The notes beneath the pieces were generated by a model, which had not been told where the DNA came from, did not search any database, and saw only the letters and a program-made list of their open reading frames with translations. Shown here one piece after another: positions 1 through 7,911 of a stretch of DNA of 64,000 bases. Within the stretch, counting starts at the first letter, position 1, and the number at the start of each line of letters is the position of its first letter. The position numbers and the translations under genes are program-made. This DNA is from Candidatus Aminicenantes bacterium. GTDB lineage: Bacteria > Acidobacteriota > Aminicenantia > Aminicenantales > Aminicenantaceae. The stretch is taken from positions 176 to 64,175 of the forward strand of contig JAUVXM010000007.1 in the NCBI GenBank assembly GCA_030603565.1. The letters are read 5' to 3'.

Positions 1-132
1 CCAAAATTTTGGACCCTTGGCGAAGAATGGGAACATTATATTTCAGATCTTCAAAGTCTTCCTCTGAGGCATTGCTATGTAAAGCATAAAATTGAGGGGG
101 GAATAGTACTGCTTCAGACTGTAGATATTGAA

Positions 133-1239
133 ATGACAGAAGAGATTTTAAATATGGATGAGGATAAGTATCAGAAATTTATAAAGGGCATCCCATTCGG
201 AAGAAAGTATCTTGAATCGAGAAGTGCTTTGTCAGCTCTTGCAGATAAAAGAAAAGAGGATCTTAAAAAGCAGATAGAGGAGAAAAAAGCCGACCAGAAA
301 ATAGAACAGACTGAAGTTAAGCCGCAGAAAAGGCCTGTAAAACATGACGAGATAATTAAGCAGTCTCTGAAAAAGATCGTTAAAGATAGGTCTGAATTAT
401 CTCCGGAAGAGATTGAGTTCCTAGAAGGCGTATATAAAAATCCAGGCCTGTTCGTTACTCAGATATATAAAACCTTAAAGCTCAGCGGTTATAAAGGAGA
501 CAGACTTAAAGAGAGCCTTCTTGAAAAAGAACTAATTATCCAAGAAGAGACAAGAAAAGGGAAAAGAGGACGACTTGCGAAAGTATTAGTCCTTACTGAA
601 AAAGGAACTTCTACTCTTAAAAAACTACTGCCAGCAGGAAAAGGTGGAGAGTTTCATAAGCAGATACAATCTATGATTAAAGAACAGGCAGAGGTATTCG
701 GGTGGAAAGCCAAAATTGAAGAGAGGATTCCTCATTCACTTGATAGCGTGGATGTAGGTTTAAAAAAGGATGATGTAAGGGTAGCTATTGAGGTTTCGGC
801 TACAACTTATCCAGAGCAGGAACTTCAAAACATAAGAAAGTGCCTTGATGCTGGATATGGTTATGTAATATCCGTAAACTCGGACGAAAAAAACCTCTTA
901 TCCATAAAAAAAGAGGCTCGAAAAGTATTCACCCTTAGAGATAGAGAAAGGATACGTTTCTCTGCTCTCTCTCAGGTTAAAGAATACTTAAAAGGTATTG
1001 TCTCTACTAGTATTGTTTCTGAAAAAGGCATTGTTTCTGACCAACTTAAGAATCAGAAAGAATTAATAGGAACAAAGGAAGCTTCAGAATTCTTAGGGAT
1101 AAAGAAACAAACTCTTTATGAATGGGTTGTCCAAAGGAAACTTCCATTTATAAAGGTGGGAAGACTTACAAAATTCAGAAAGGTTGATCTTGAAGCCTGG
1201 TTAGATAAAAGAACAAAAGAAGAGAAAGATTTAATTTAG
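133..1239 (+). CDS. Mobile-element-associated DNA-binding protein. Lys/Glu-rich N-terminus, central winged-helix-like segment plus possible PD-(D/E)xK-like motif (DVGLKKDDVRVAIEVS), C-terminal excisionase/MerR-type HTH (KEASEFLGIKKQTLYEWV...KVGRLTKFRKVDLEAWL)
   Basis: The ORF translation has a C-terminal HTH with the Xis/MerR signature. It sits immediately upstream of, and on the same strand as, a tyrosine integrase. Confidence 0.5.
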   Translation: MTEEILNMDEDKYQKFIKGIPFGRKYLESRSALSALADKRKEDLKKQIEEKKADQKIEQTEVKPQKRPVKHDEIIKQSLKKIVKDRSELSPEEIEFLEGVYKNPGLFVTQIYKTLKLSGYKGDRLKESLLEKELIIQEETRKGKRGRLAKVLVLTEKGTSTLKKLLPAGKGGEFHKQIQSMIKEQAEVFGWKAKIEERIPHSLDSVDVGLKKDDVRVAIEVSATTYPEQELQNIRKCLDAGYGYVISVNSDEKNLLSIKKEARKVFTLRDRERIRFSALSQVKEYLKGIVSTSIVSEKGIVSDQLKNQKELIGTKEASEFLGIKKQTLYEWVVQRKLPFIKVGRLTKFRKVDLEAWLDKRTKEEKDLI

Positions 1240-1322
1240 ATAATCATAATTTGGCTATCTCTCAACAGGTCTTAATCTTTACCTTTCATCTGAATATATA
1301 TATAATATTATGAGGTTCAAAA

Positions 1323-2399
1323 ATGGGCGTCTTTAAGAAAGGAGATAACTGGTACATCGACTATTATGTCAAAGGCCATAGAAAAAGAAAAAAAATAGGG
1401 CCTTCCAAAAAGTTAGCTCTACAAGTTCTTAAAGATGTTCAGGTGAAGATAGCTAAAGGTGAATATCTCGGTATATATGATGATAAAAAAATTCATTTTC
1501 AAAAATATGCCCTCCAGTATTCTGAGTATTCAAAAGCTAATAAAGCCTGGTCAACATATTACCGTCGCGATCGGCTCAGCATTAATAGCTTGACTTCTTT
1601 CTTTAAAGGAAAATATCTTTTTGAGTTAACACCTCAGATGATTGAAAAATATAAAGCAGAGAGATTGGAGAAACTCTCACCAGCGACTGTAAATAGAGAG
1701 CTGGAATGTTTAAAGCATATGTTTACCAAAGCAATTGATTGGGGATATGTAAAGACAAATCCTGTAAAAGGAATCAAATTTCTTAAAGAACCGCCCGGCC
1801 GTATGAGATATTTAAAGTCTGAAGAGGTTGTGGCTCTCCTTAATGCCTGTGCTGATCATATCCGACCCATTGTTGTTATAGCATTAAATACAGGGATGAG
1901 AAAGGGCGAGATCCTCAATTTAAAGTGGGCAAATACAGACCTTAAGAATCGAAAGATCACGGTCATCAATGCAAAGAATAATGAATCGAGAGTAATCCCG
2001 ATAAATCAAACACTTCATAAAGAGCTATCAAATCTTTCTAGAAAAATAAATGGAGAATATGTTTTTCCCAATCGAGATGGGCTGCCCTTTGGAGACATTC
2101 AGAAATCATTCTCCAGTGCCTTAAAACAGGCAAAAATAGAAGACTTTCGTTTCCACGATCTGCGACACACTTTTGGTTCTCATATGGTTATGCAAGGAGT
2201 GGATCTTAGAACAGTACAACAAGTAATGGGCCATAAGGATATAAAAATGACCATGCGGTATTCCCATCTCTCACCTGAATATGTCCAGGAAGCAATGGAG
2301 AGGTTGGATAATCTATGGACACTATATGGACACCAAGGCCAAACAAGCCCAAAGAGAATATTATCTAACTCGTTGAAAATAAATAAGGTGCGCCTGTAG
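1323..2399 (+). CDS. Tyrosine-type site-specific recombinase (phage integrase family)
   Basis: C-terminal catalytic motifs HDLRHTFGSHMVMQGVDLRTVQQVMGHKDIKMTMRYSHL (R..H-x-x-R...Y) and an N-terminal SAM-like/core-binding region. The stop codon overlaps the 5' end of tRNA-Arg. Confidence 0.9.
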   Translation: MGVFKKGDNWYIDYYVKGHRKRKKIGPSKKLALQVLKDVQVKIAKGEYLGIYDDKKIHFQKYALQYSEYSKANKAWSTYYRRDRLSINSLTSFFKGKYLFELTPQMIEKYKAERLEKLSPATVNRELECLKHMFTKAIDWGYVKTNPVKGIKFLKEPPGRMRYLKSEEVVALLNACADHIRPIVVIALNTGMRKGEILNLKWANTDLKNRKITVINAKNNESRVIPINQTLHKELSNLSRKINGEYVFPNRDGLPFGDIQKSFSSALKQAKIEDFRFHDLRHTFGSHMVMQGVDLRTVQQVMGHKDIKMTMRYSHLSPEYVQEAMERLDNLWTLYGHQGQTSPKRILSNSLKINKVRL

Positions 2400-2465
2400 C
2401 TCAGTGGATAGAGTGTCGGTCTCCGGAACCGAAGGCCGCAGGTTCGAATCCTGCCAGGCGCGCCA
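2390..2465 (+). tRNA. tRNA-Arg (anticodon CCG)
   Basis: Cloverleaf folded by hand: acceptor GCGCCTG/CAGGCGC, D arm GCTC-AGTGGATA-GAGT, anticodon stem TCGGT/ACCGA with loop CTCCGGA, T arm GCAGG-TTCGAAT-CCTGC, discriminator G and encoded CCA. Confidence 0.85.
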
Positions 2466-2556
2466 GCTTTTCACCTTTCCATTTACTATTTTCCATTTTC
2501 TAAGTAACATAAACATCGACATTTTTATTTATAATTCAGGAGAACCTGAATTATAA

Positions 2557-3858
2557 ATGGAGGATAGATTGCGAAAAGCTAAAAGTTTAGTTCTGACCGG
2601 GATTTTTATCAGCTTATTGTGTCTATCAGCAGCCGCTCAAAGCGATCAGCAAGCAATTAAGGAGGAAATAGAACTTATCAACCTGGAGATTCTCCATCTG
2701 GGGTTAAAATGGACTGCGGGAGAGACGTCTCTCAGTTACCTTAGTAAAAGCGAAAAAGTGAAACGATTGGGTAGATATTACCCCAGAAGAGGCAAGGAAG
2801 AGGACTTATTGTTTATAGAGCCCCTATCTTTACTTCCAAACAAAATTGACTGGCGAGACATTGGCGGAAAGAATTATATAACTGTAATAAAAGATCAGGG
2901 AGACTGCGGCAGCTGCTGGGCTTTCTCAACTGTAGGTGTTATTGAAGCTAGGTATAATATTGAAAATGGGATGTACTTTACCCAATTGGATCTTGATTCA
3001 AATAGGGTCGTATTTCCAAAATTGATGCCTCTGACCCCTCGTATCCTCGCTCTTGATTATCCTGACCTCTCTGAACAGGATTTAATATCTTGTTCAACTG
3101 CTGGAGATTGTAATGGAGGCTGGGAGTCTGATGCCCTGATATATATTAAAAGCCGGGGAGTCGTTTCTGAAAATTGTTTCCCGTATGAGGCAAAAGATGT
3201 GAACTGTGATATTTGTGTGGATTGGAAGAATAAATTGACAAAAATTAAAAGATGGGGTTGGGTTACTAGAGCTTCTGTTGATAAAAAAATAATAAAGACC
3301 GCATTGCAGGATGGTCCCTTGATATTTTATTTGGAGGTCTATTCTGATTTTTATAATTATCGATCAGGGATTTATGAGCCGCTTCCCAGTGCCGTATATG
3401 AGGGGGATCACTCTATAATTTTAATCGGTTATGATGAGAATGATGATTGTTGGATATGCAAGAATTCCTGGGGAACAGATTGGGGCGAGGATGGATATTT
3501 TAAAATAAAATTCGGAGTATGTGAGACAGGCACTTATGTGATGAAGGCTGGAGGAGTGACTATGGCCAATAAAGCCCCTTTTCTTGACCCGATTCCTGAT
3601 CAAAATGTTAAGGAAGGAGAGGAGTTGAGCTTACTTATTACTGCCTCTGACCCTGAAGGAGATAGTTTGACTTTTTCGGCGAAAAACCTTCCCTCAGGTG
3701 CTGTTTTAAGTAGCTCCGGCCTTATTAAATGGACTCCGGAATATACTCAATCTGGTGAGTATATTATAAATATTATAGTAAATGATGGTTCTCTGGATGA
3801 TTCTAGGGATATGAAGATCACAGTAATCAATGTGAAGCAGGGAAAAGGAAAATACTAA
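2557..3858 (+). CDS. Secreted papain-family (C1) cysteine peptidase with C-terminal cadherin-like/Ig-like domain
   Basis: Signal peptide; catalytic Cys motif QGDCGSCWAFS; His/Asn region GDHSIILIGYD...NSWGTDWGEDGYFKI; C-terminal segment PDQNVKEGEELSLLITASDPEGDSLTFSA...VNDGSLDDS typical of cadherin-like repeats. Confidence 0.85.
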   Translation: MEDRLRKAKSLVLTGIFISLLCLSAAAQSDQQAIKEEIELINLEILHLGLKWTAGETSLSYLSKSEKVKRLGRYYPRRGKEEDLLFIEPLSLLPNKIDWRDIGGKNYITVIKDQGDCGSCWAFSTVGVIEARYNIENGMYFTQLDLDSNRVVFPKLMPLTPRILALDYPDLSEQDLISCSTAGDCNGGWESDALIYIKSRGVVSENCFPYEAKDVNCDICVDWKNKLTKIKRWGWVTRASVDKKIIKTALQDGPLIFYLEVYSDFYNYRSGIYEPLPSAVYEGDHSIILIGYDENDDCWICKNSWGTDWGEDGYFKIKFGVCETGTYVMKAGGVTMANKAPFLDPIPDQNVKEGEELSLLITASDPEGDSLTFSAKNLPSGAVLSSSGLIKWTPEYTQSGEYIINIIVNDGSLDDSRDMKITVINVKQGKGKY

Positions 3859-3870
3859 GGAGTAAGGGCT

Positions 3871-4500
3871 ATGAAACTAATTAGAGTGCTGGTTTTAGTT
3901 CTCATATTTTTAATTCTAAATTCAGATTCAGCTTTTGGTGACAGCAGCTTATATCTCTTCGGATTGGGAAATTTTATAAGAGAAGCTGGGGGAGAAAGCG
4001 ATTATGAAGCAGGGACAAATGATTTTCCTATTTCTTCTTCACATCAGACATTCGGCTTTGGGGCCGGCTTCAGCAAAGATTTCGGTCATTTTTTTTTGGG
4101 ACCGGAAGTAAGTTATAACCTGAATGGGACAACGACCCTAACCGACCCCTCTGATAATGACACTGTTAATATTAATACATATAAATTTGCCTCGCTGTTT
4201 TTTAATCTGGGATTTAACCTGGTGAATTCGGATTTGCTTCGCTTGTATATTAATGGAGGAGGCGGTGTAAGCTATAGCTTAAATACAGATTCTAGGACCT
4301 ATACTTCTCAAATGGGGTATGAGACTCAGATCTCTCCTCCGGATAGAAAGTTTCCTCTCTCAGTTTTTGGCGGAACCGGACTTGACTTTAAGATATCTCC
4401 TAACCTAAGTATTATCCTGAGCGGCCGTTATCAGTATATTGACTTTAAGCAGCCTCAGACAATGATAATCGTTTTCGCAGGAGTTGCGATTTTTCTATAA
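3871..4500 (+). CDS. Small outer-membrane beta-barrel protein (OmpA-like/porin-family barrel), secreted
   Basis: Signal peptide, alternating amphipathic beta-strand pattern, Gly/aromatic-rich, C-terminal aromatic end (…IFL). Confidence 0.5.
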   Translation: MKLIRVLVLVLIFLILNSDSAFGDSSLYLFGLGNFIREAGGESDYEAGTNDFPISSSHQTFGFGAGFSKDFGHFFLGPEVSYNLNGTTTLTDPSDNDTVNINTYKFASLFFNLGFNLVNSDLLRLYINGGGGVSYSLNTDSRTYTSQMGYETQISPPDRKFPLSVFGGTGLDFKISPNLSIILSGRYQYIDFKQPQTMIIVFAGVAIFL

Positions 4501-4501
4501 T

Positions 4502-4697
4502 CCTGAACTATTCATAAAAATTGCAAATGATGTACTCAAAAAAAAACAATAACTAATTTTATCATTGGCACTTTTTACCTTTCAGGCGAGCCGATTTTAC
4601 CGCATCTGCTTTGTTGCAGCGGATTCGCGGTGAAATACCACAGCTTCATCCTCTGCGCCTCACATCTACGGCAACCTCGACTCGTGAATAATCCAGG
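4502..4697 (+). repeat. MITE-like composite repeat copy 1: degenerate left TIR (CCTGAACTATTCATAAAAA) followed by an A-core structured module (4571-4697) ending GTGAATAATCCAGG
   Basis: The sequence recurs at 6686-6804, 16361-16493(-), 17750-17873 and 58914-59047(-) with >85% identity by eye. Confidence 0.85.
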
Positions 4698-4785
4698 ATA
4701 GTGATGTTGAAAATAATGAATATTTAAATGTTTTGTTTTTTTCTCGTCCTGCTTTTCCTGGATTTCCTTTTTTTTTTGAAAAGTT

Positions 4786-4820
4786 GTTGTGAAGCTAAAA
4801 AGAAGATAATATAATATCCT
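4786..4820 (+). promoter_or_regulatory. Candidate sigma70-type promoter for tkt (TTGTGA -17 bp- TATAAT)
   Basis: ttgtgaagctaaaaagaagataatataat lies ~30 nt upstream of the tkt start region. Confidence 0.3.
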
Positions 4821-4824
4821 TTCT

Positions 4825-6690
4825 TTGCTGGAATTTATAAAAATTTACAGGGATGGAGTGGATTTAATGGAAAAAAAAGAAATTTTAGGACTTGTAGCAA
4901 AAAAACTGCGTATTCATGCTTTAAAAATGACTTCAAAAGCCGGCTCCGGTCATCCAACAACGTGTATGTCCATGGCGGAATTAGCAGCATGTTTATTTTT
5001 TGATGAGATGCAGTATAATATCAACGACCCTTTTGACTGGGCCAATGATGAACTGGTTCTTTCTAAAGGACATGCTGCCCCCATCCTCTGGGCTGCTTAT
5101 GCAGAAGCCGGGATAATTCCTATTGAAGATCTGATGAACTTGCGAAAAATTAATAGTCCGCTCGAGGGTCATCCCACTCCCCGTATGAAATGGATTAAAG
5201 CGGCCACAGGCTCGCTCGGACAGGGACTTTCCGTAGGAGTTGGAATGGCAGCTGCTCTGAAGCTGGCGAAGTCTCCCAGGAAAGTTTATGTTGTAATGGG
5301 AGACGGAGAGTGCGCTGAAGGTTCGGTTTGGGAAGCAGCCAACACTGCTTCTTATTTAAACCTGGACAATCTTTACGCCATAGTTGATATAAACCGCCTG
5401 GCCCAATCGGAAGCTACTATGCACGGGTTTGACCTTGCTGCCTATGAGAGAAAATTTAAGGCTTTCGGGTGGGAAGTTATCAAAATCGACGGGCATAAGG
5501 TTGCGGGTATACTCCAGGCTTTTACAGATGCACGCAAATCGAGAGGACCGACGGCTTTGCTGGCAAAAACCATTAAAGGCAAGGGAGTTAGTTTCCTTGA
5601 AGATAAAAACGGTTGGCATGGTAAACCGCTTAACCAAGAGGACCTGCAAAAAGCCTTGGATATGCTTGGTCCCATGCCGGATCTGGATGCAAAGCAATTT
5701 GTCCGTAAACCGGATAAAGTTAAAGGTCCCGGATTTTCAAAGGAATTTGATTTTAAAAAGAATATATATTCAAAAGACACTGCCACACGGCGGGCCTATG
5801 GGAACGCTTTAGTCAACCTGGGCAAAGCCGACATAAGGGTTGTTTCTATCGATGGAGATGTAAAGAACTCCACCTATGCGGAGGATTTTTTTAAAGCTTT
5901 TCCAAAGAGGTCTTTTCAGGGTTATATTGCCGAGCAGAACATGGTGGGAATGGGAATCGGGATGGCAGCTAAAGGATTTATTCCTTTTATGGCAACGTTT
6001 TCGGCATTTTTAGGTAGGGCACATGACCAGATAAGGATGGCGGCATATTCGAATTCAAACATTAAACTAGCTGGTTCTCATGCAGGTATCAGCATAGGTG
6101 CTGATGGTCCTTCTCAAATGGGGCTGGAAGACCTTGCTATTTTCACCCCGATTCCGGGATGTGCTGTGCTTTATCCATGTGATGCCTATTCCGCTGAAGC
6201 CTGTGTTGAGTCTATGGCTAGGTATAATGGCATGGCTTATATCCGGACTACTCGACCTGCAACTCCGCTGCTGTATGATAAAAAAGAAAAATTCTCTATT
6301 GGCGGCTCAAAAGTTTTAAAAGAAAGTAAAAAAGATGCAGTGACTGTAATTGCTGCCGGGATAACAGTATTTGAAGCTTTAAAGGCATATGAAGAACTTA
6401 AAGCAGAGGGTATTTTTATCCGTATCATAGATGCTTATTCAATTAATCCGCTGGATAAAGATAATATTATAAACCAGGTTGCTTCTGCCGGGAAAAAGGC
6501 AGTAGTAGTGGAAGACCATTACGCGGTAGGAGGTTTGGGAAGTGCAGTGGCGTCTGTTTTGGGAGGGAAAGCGGAATTTATCCATTTGGCTGTAAAAGAT
6601 CTTCCGCGTTCAGGGAAACCGGAAGAATTAATGGACAAATATGGGATATCTGCTTCTCATATTGTAGAGGCCGTGAAAAAACTAGCCTGA
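4825..6690 (+). CDS. tkt: Transketolase (single-chain, N-terminal TPP domain plus C-terminal Pyr/transketolase domains)
   Basis: GHPTTCMSMAELAACLF and GDGECAEGSVWEAAN TPP-binding motifs; C-terminal pyrimidine-binding and TK_C-like regions. The stop TGA lies inside the repeat TIR. Confidence 0.9.
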   Translation: MLEFIKIYRDGVDLMEKKEILGLVAKKLRIHALKMTSKAGSGHPTTCMSMAELAACLFFDEMQYNINDPFDWANDELVLSKGHAAPILWAAYAEAGIIPIEDLMNLRKINSPLEGHPTPRMKWIKAATGSLGQGLSVGVGMAAALKLAKSPRKVYVVMGDGECAEGSVWEAANTASYLNLDNLYAIVDINRLAQSEATMHGFDLAAYERKFKAFGWEVIKIDGHKVAGILQAFTDARKSRGPTALLAKTIKGKGVSFLEDKNGWHGKPLNQEDLQKALDMLGPMPDLDAKQFVRKPDKVKGPGFSKEFDFKKNIYSKDTATRRAYGNALVNLGKADIRVVSIDGDVKNSTYAEDFFKAFPKRSFQGYIAEQNMVGMGIGMAAKGFIPFMATFSAFLGRAHDQIRMAAYSNSNIKLAGSHAGISIGADGPSQMGLEDLAIFTPIPGCAVLYPCDAYSAEACVESMARYNGMAYIRTTRPATPLLYDKKEKFSIGGSKVLKESKKDAVTVIAAGITVFEALKAYEELKAEGIFIRIIDAYSINPLDKDNIINQVASAGKKAVVVEDHYAVGGLGSAVASVLGGKAEFIHLAVKDLPRSGKPEELMDKYGISASHIVEAVKKLA

Positions 6691-6804
6691 ACTATTCACG
6701 AGCCGATCTTACCGCATCTGTTGCAGCGGATTCGCGGTGAAGGACCACAGCTTCATCCCCTGCGCCTCGCATCTACGGCAACCTCGACTCGTGAATAGTT
6801 CAGG
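6686..6804 (+). repeat. MITE-like repeat copy 2 (left TIR fused directly to A-core; right end GTGAATAGTTCAGG)
   Basis: CCTGAACTATTCACGAGCCGATCTTACCGCATCTG...CTCGTGAATAGTTCAGG; TGA at 6688-6690 is the tkt stop codon. Confidence 0.85.
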
Positions 6805-6863
6805 CTGATAAAATTCCGTAAATAGAGAATTGCAGGAAAGCGGGGAATAAGGATTAGAGAAGA

Positions 6864-6950
6864 AAAGGCGGAAAATAGTAAATGGAAAAAACCGTGAAAT
6901 GTGAATCGTGAAACGTGGAATATGGGAAAAAACAGAAAATGGGAAATCCT
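6864..6950. repeat. Purine-rich 'GAAAATAGTAAATGGAAAA/CCGTGAAATGTGAA' repeat (family E) copy
   Basis: Near-identical strings occur at 11101-11285, 22010-22032, 23981-24009 and 35130-35215. Confidence 0.7.
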
Positions 6951-7674
6951 GTTTATTCTTTTTTTCCTGGTTTCTCTGACTGTTTCTCTTTCTGCTCAGG
7001 CTGAAGAGGGGGTTGTAACTGCCGTATATGATGGAGATACGATCAAAGTAAGATTTGATAAGGGAAACAGTGAAGTTGTCAGGCTTATCGGGATTAATTC
7101 TCCAGAGCTTACGGACTCTCGGGAGAAGGTGCGGTTTATAGCTTTTATGGCAAAGAGATTCTCCTATTCTATATTGTATGGACAAAAAGTAAAACTGTCT
7201 TACGATTGGGAGAAACGGGACAAATTCGGGCGCCTGCTTGCATATGTTTTTTATAACTCTAAGCTTTTTAATGAGTTTATTCTAAGCCGGGGATTTGCTT
7301 ATGTTTTTTTAAAGTACCCTTTCAGAGAAGATTACAGGCAGAGGTTTGTTACAGCTTACCGTAATGCAAGGAAAGCAGAAGCAGGCCTGTGGAAAAAACA
7401 GCCGTATCCTGTTATTGTGCCTGAAAAATGCAAGAATCATATCGGGGATTTGATGAGGGTAAGGTTTTTTTGTGCAGATATTCAGCAAAAGGGGAAATTG
7501 ATATTTCTAGGTGCTTTAGAACAGGGTTTTTCCGCAATCATTAACATAAGAGATAAACATCATTTTTCGGATATCCAGAATCTAAAAGGAAGAGTGATAA
7601 CAGTGACTGGGTTTGTTGAGGAATATAGAGGCAGCTTGCAGGTGGTTCTGTTTATGCCATCCCAAATAACCTGA
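6922..7674 (+). CDS. Secreted thermonuclease (staphylococcal nuclease/SNase-like) with C-terminal OB-fold-like domain
   Basis: SNase motifs VVTAVYDGDTIKVRF...VRLIGINSPE...FGRLLAYVF. Signal peptide MGKNRKWEILFILFFLVSLTVSLSAQA. The ORF-track start at 6901 lies inside repeat family E, so the start is more likely the Met at 6922. Confidence 0.8.
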   Translation: MGKNRKWEILFILFFLVSLTVSLSAQAEEGVVTAVYDGDTIKVRFDKGNSEVVRLIGINSPELTDSREKVRFIAFMAKRFSYSILYGQKVKLSYDWEKRDKFGRLLAYVFYNSKLFNEFILSRGFAYVFLKYPFREDYRQRFVTAYRNARKAEAGLWKKQPYPVIVPEKCKNHIGDLMRVRFFCADIQQKGKLIFLGALEQGFSAIINIRDKHHFSDIQNLKGRVITVTGFVEEYRGSLQVVLFMPSQIT

Positions 7675-7830
7675 AGTATTCATAAAAAAATGGCGATGTT
7701 TTTATTATTAATTTCTTTTCAGCGATATTCAAGATTTTTTCGAGAATGATTATTTTAACGATTTTCTCGTTTTCATTTTTAATTTTAATCGCCATTTTTT
7801 TACCTTACAGGCGAGCTGATCTTACTGCTT
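7669..7830 (+). repeat. MITE-like copy 3, variant/partial: TIR CCTGAAGTATTCATAAAAAAATGGCGAT, AT-rich inner part, ATCGCCATTTTTTACC plus truncated A-core
   Basis: Internal inverted repeat AAAAAATGGCGAT / ATCGCCATTTTTT. TGA at 7672-7674 is the nuclease stop. Confidence 0.7.
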
Positions 7831-7911
7831 TTAAGTTGAAATTGTTTGACATGGGGATTTGATAAACGTTAATATTTGTTAACCTGGCATGGGAATAATA
7901 TTTTGTGAGGT

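Noticed and set aside
3421-3603. Short antisense or overlapping ORFs in the six-frame track (e.g. 3421-3603-, 5356-5697-, 5429-5812+, 5442-5786-, 9041-9244+, 13690-13872-, 19126-19740+, 26207-26620-, 30916-31236+, 50689-51141+, 50982-51380+, and similar)
   Set aside because: Each lies entirely within a longer ORF on the other strand or frame that has strong family-specific motifs. They have no RBS context or recognisable domain and their composition is typical of antisense translation.
6709-7185. 158-aa minus-strand ORF
   Set aside because: It overlaps repeat copy 2 and the 5' end of the SNase-like gene. Its translation is a low-complexity repeat read-through.
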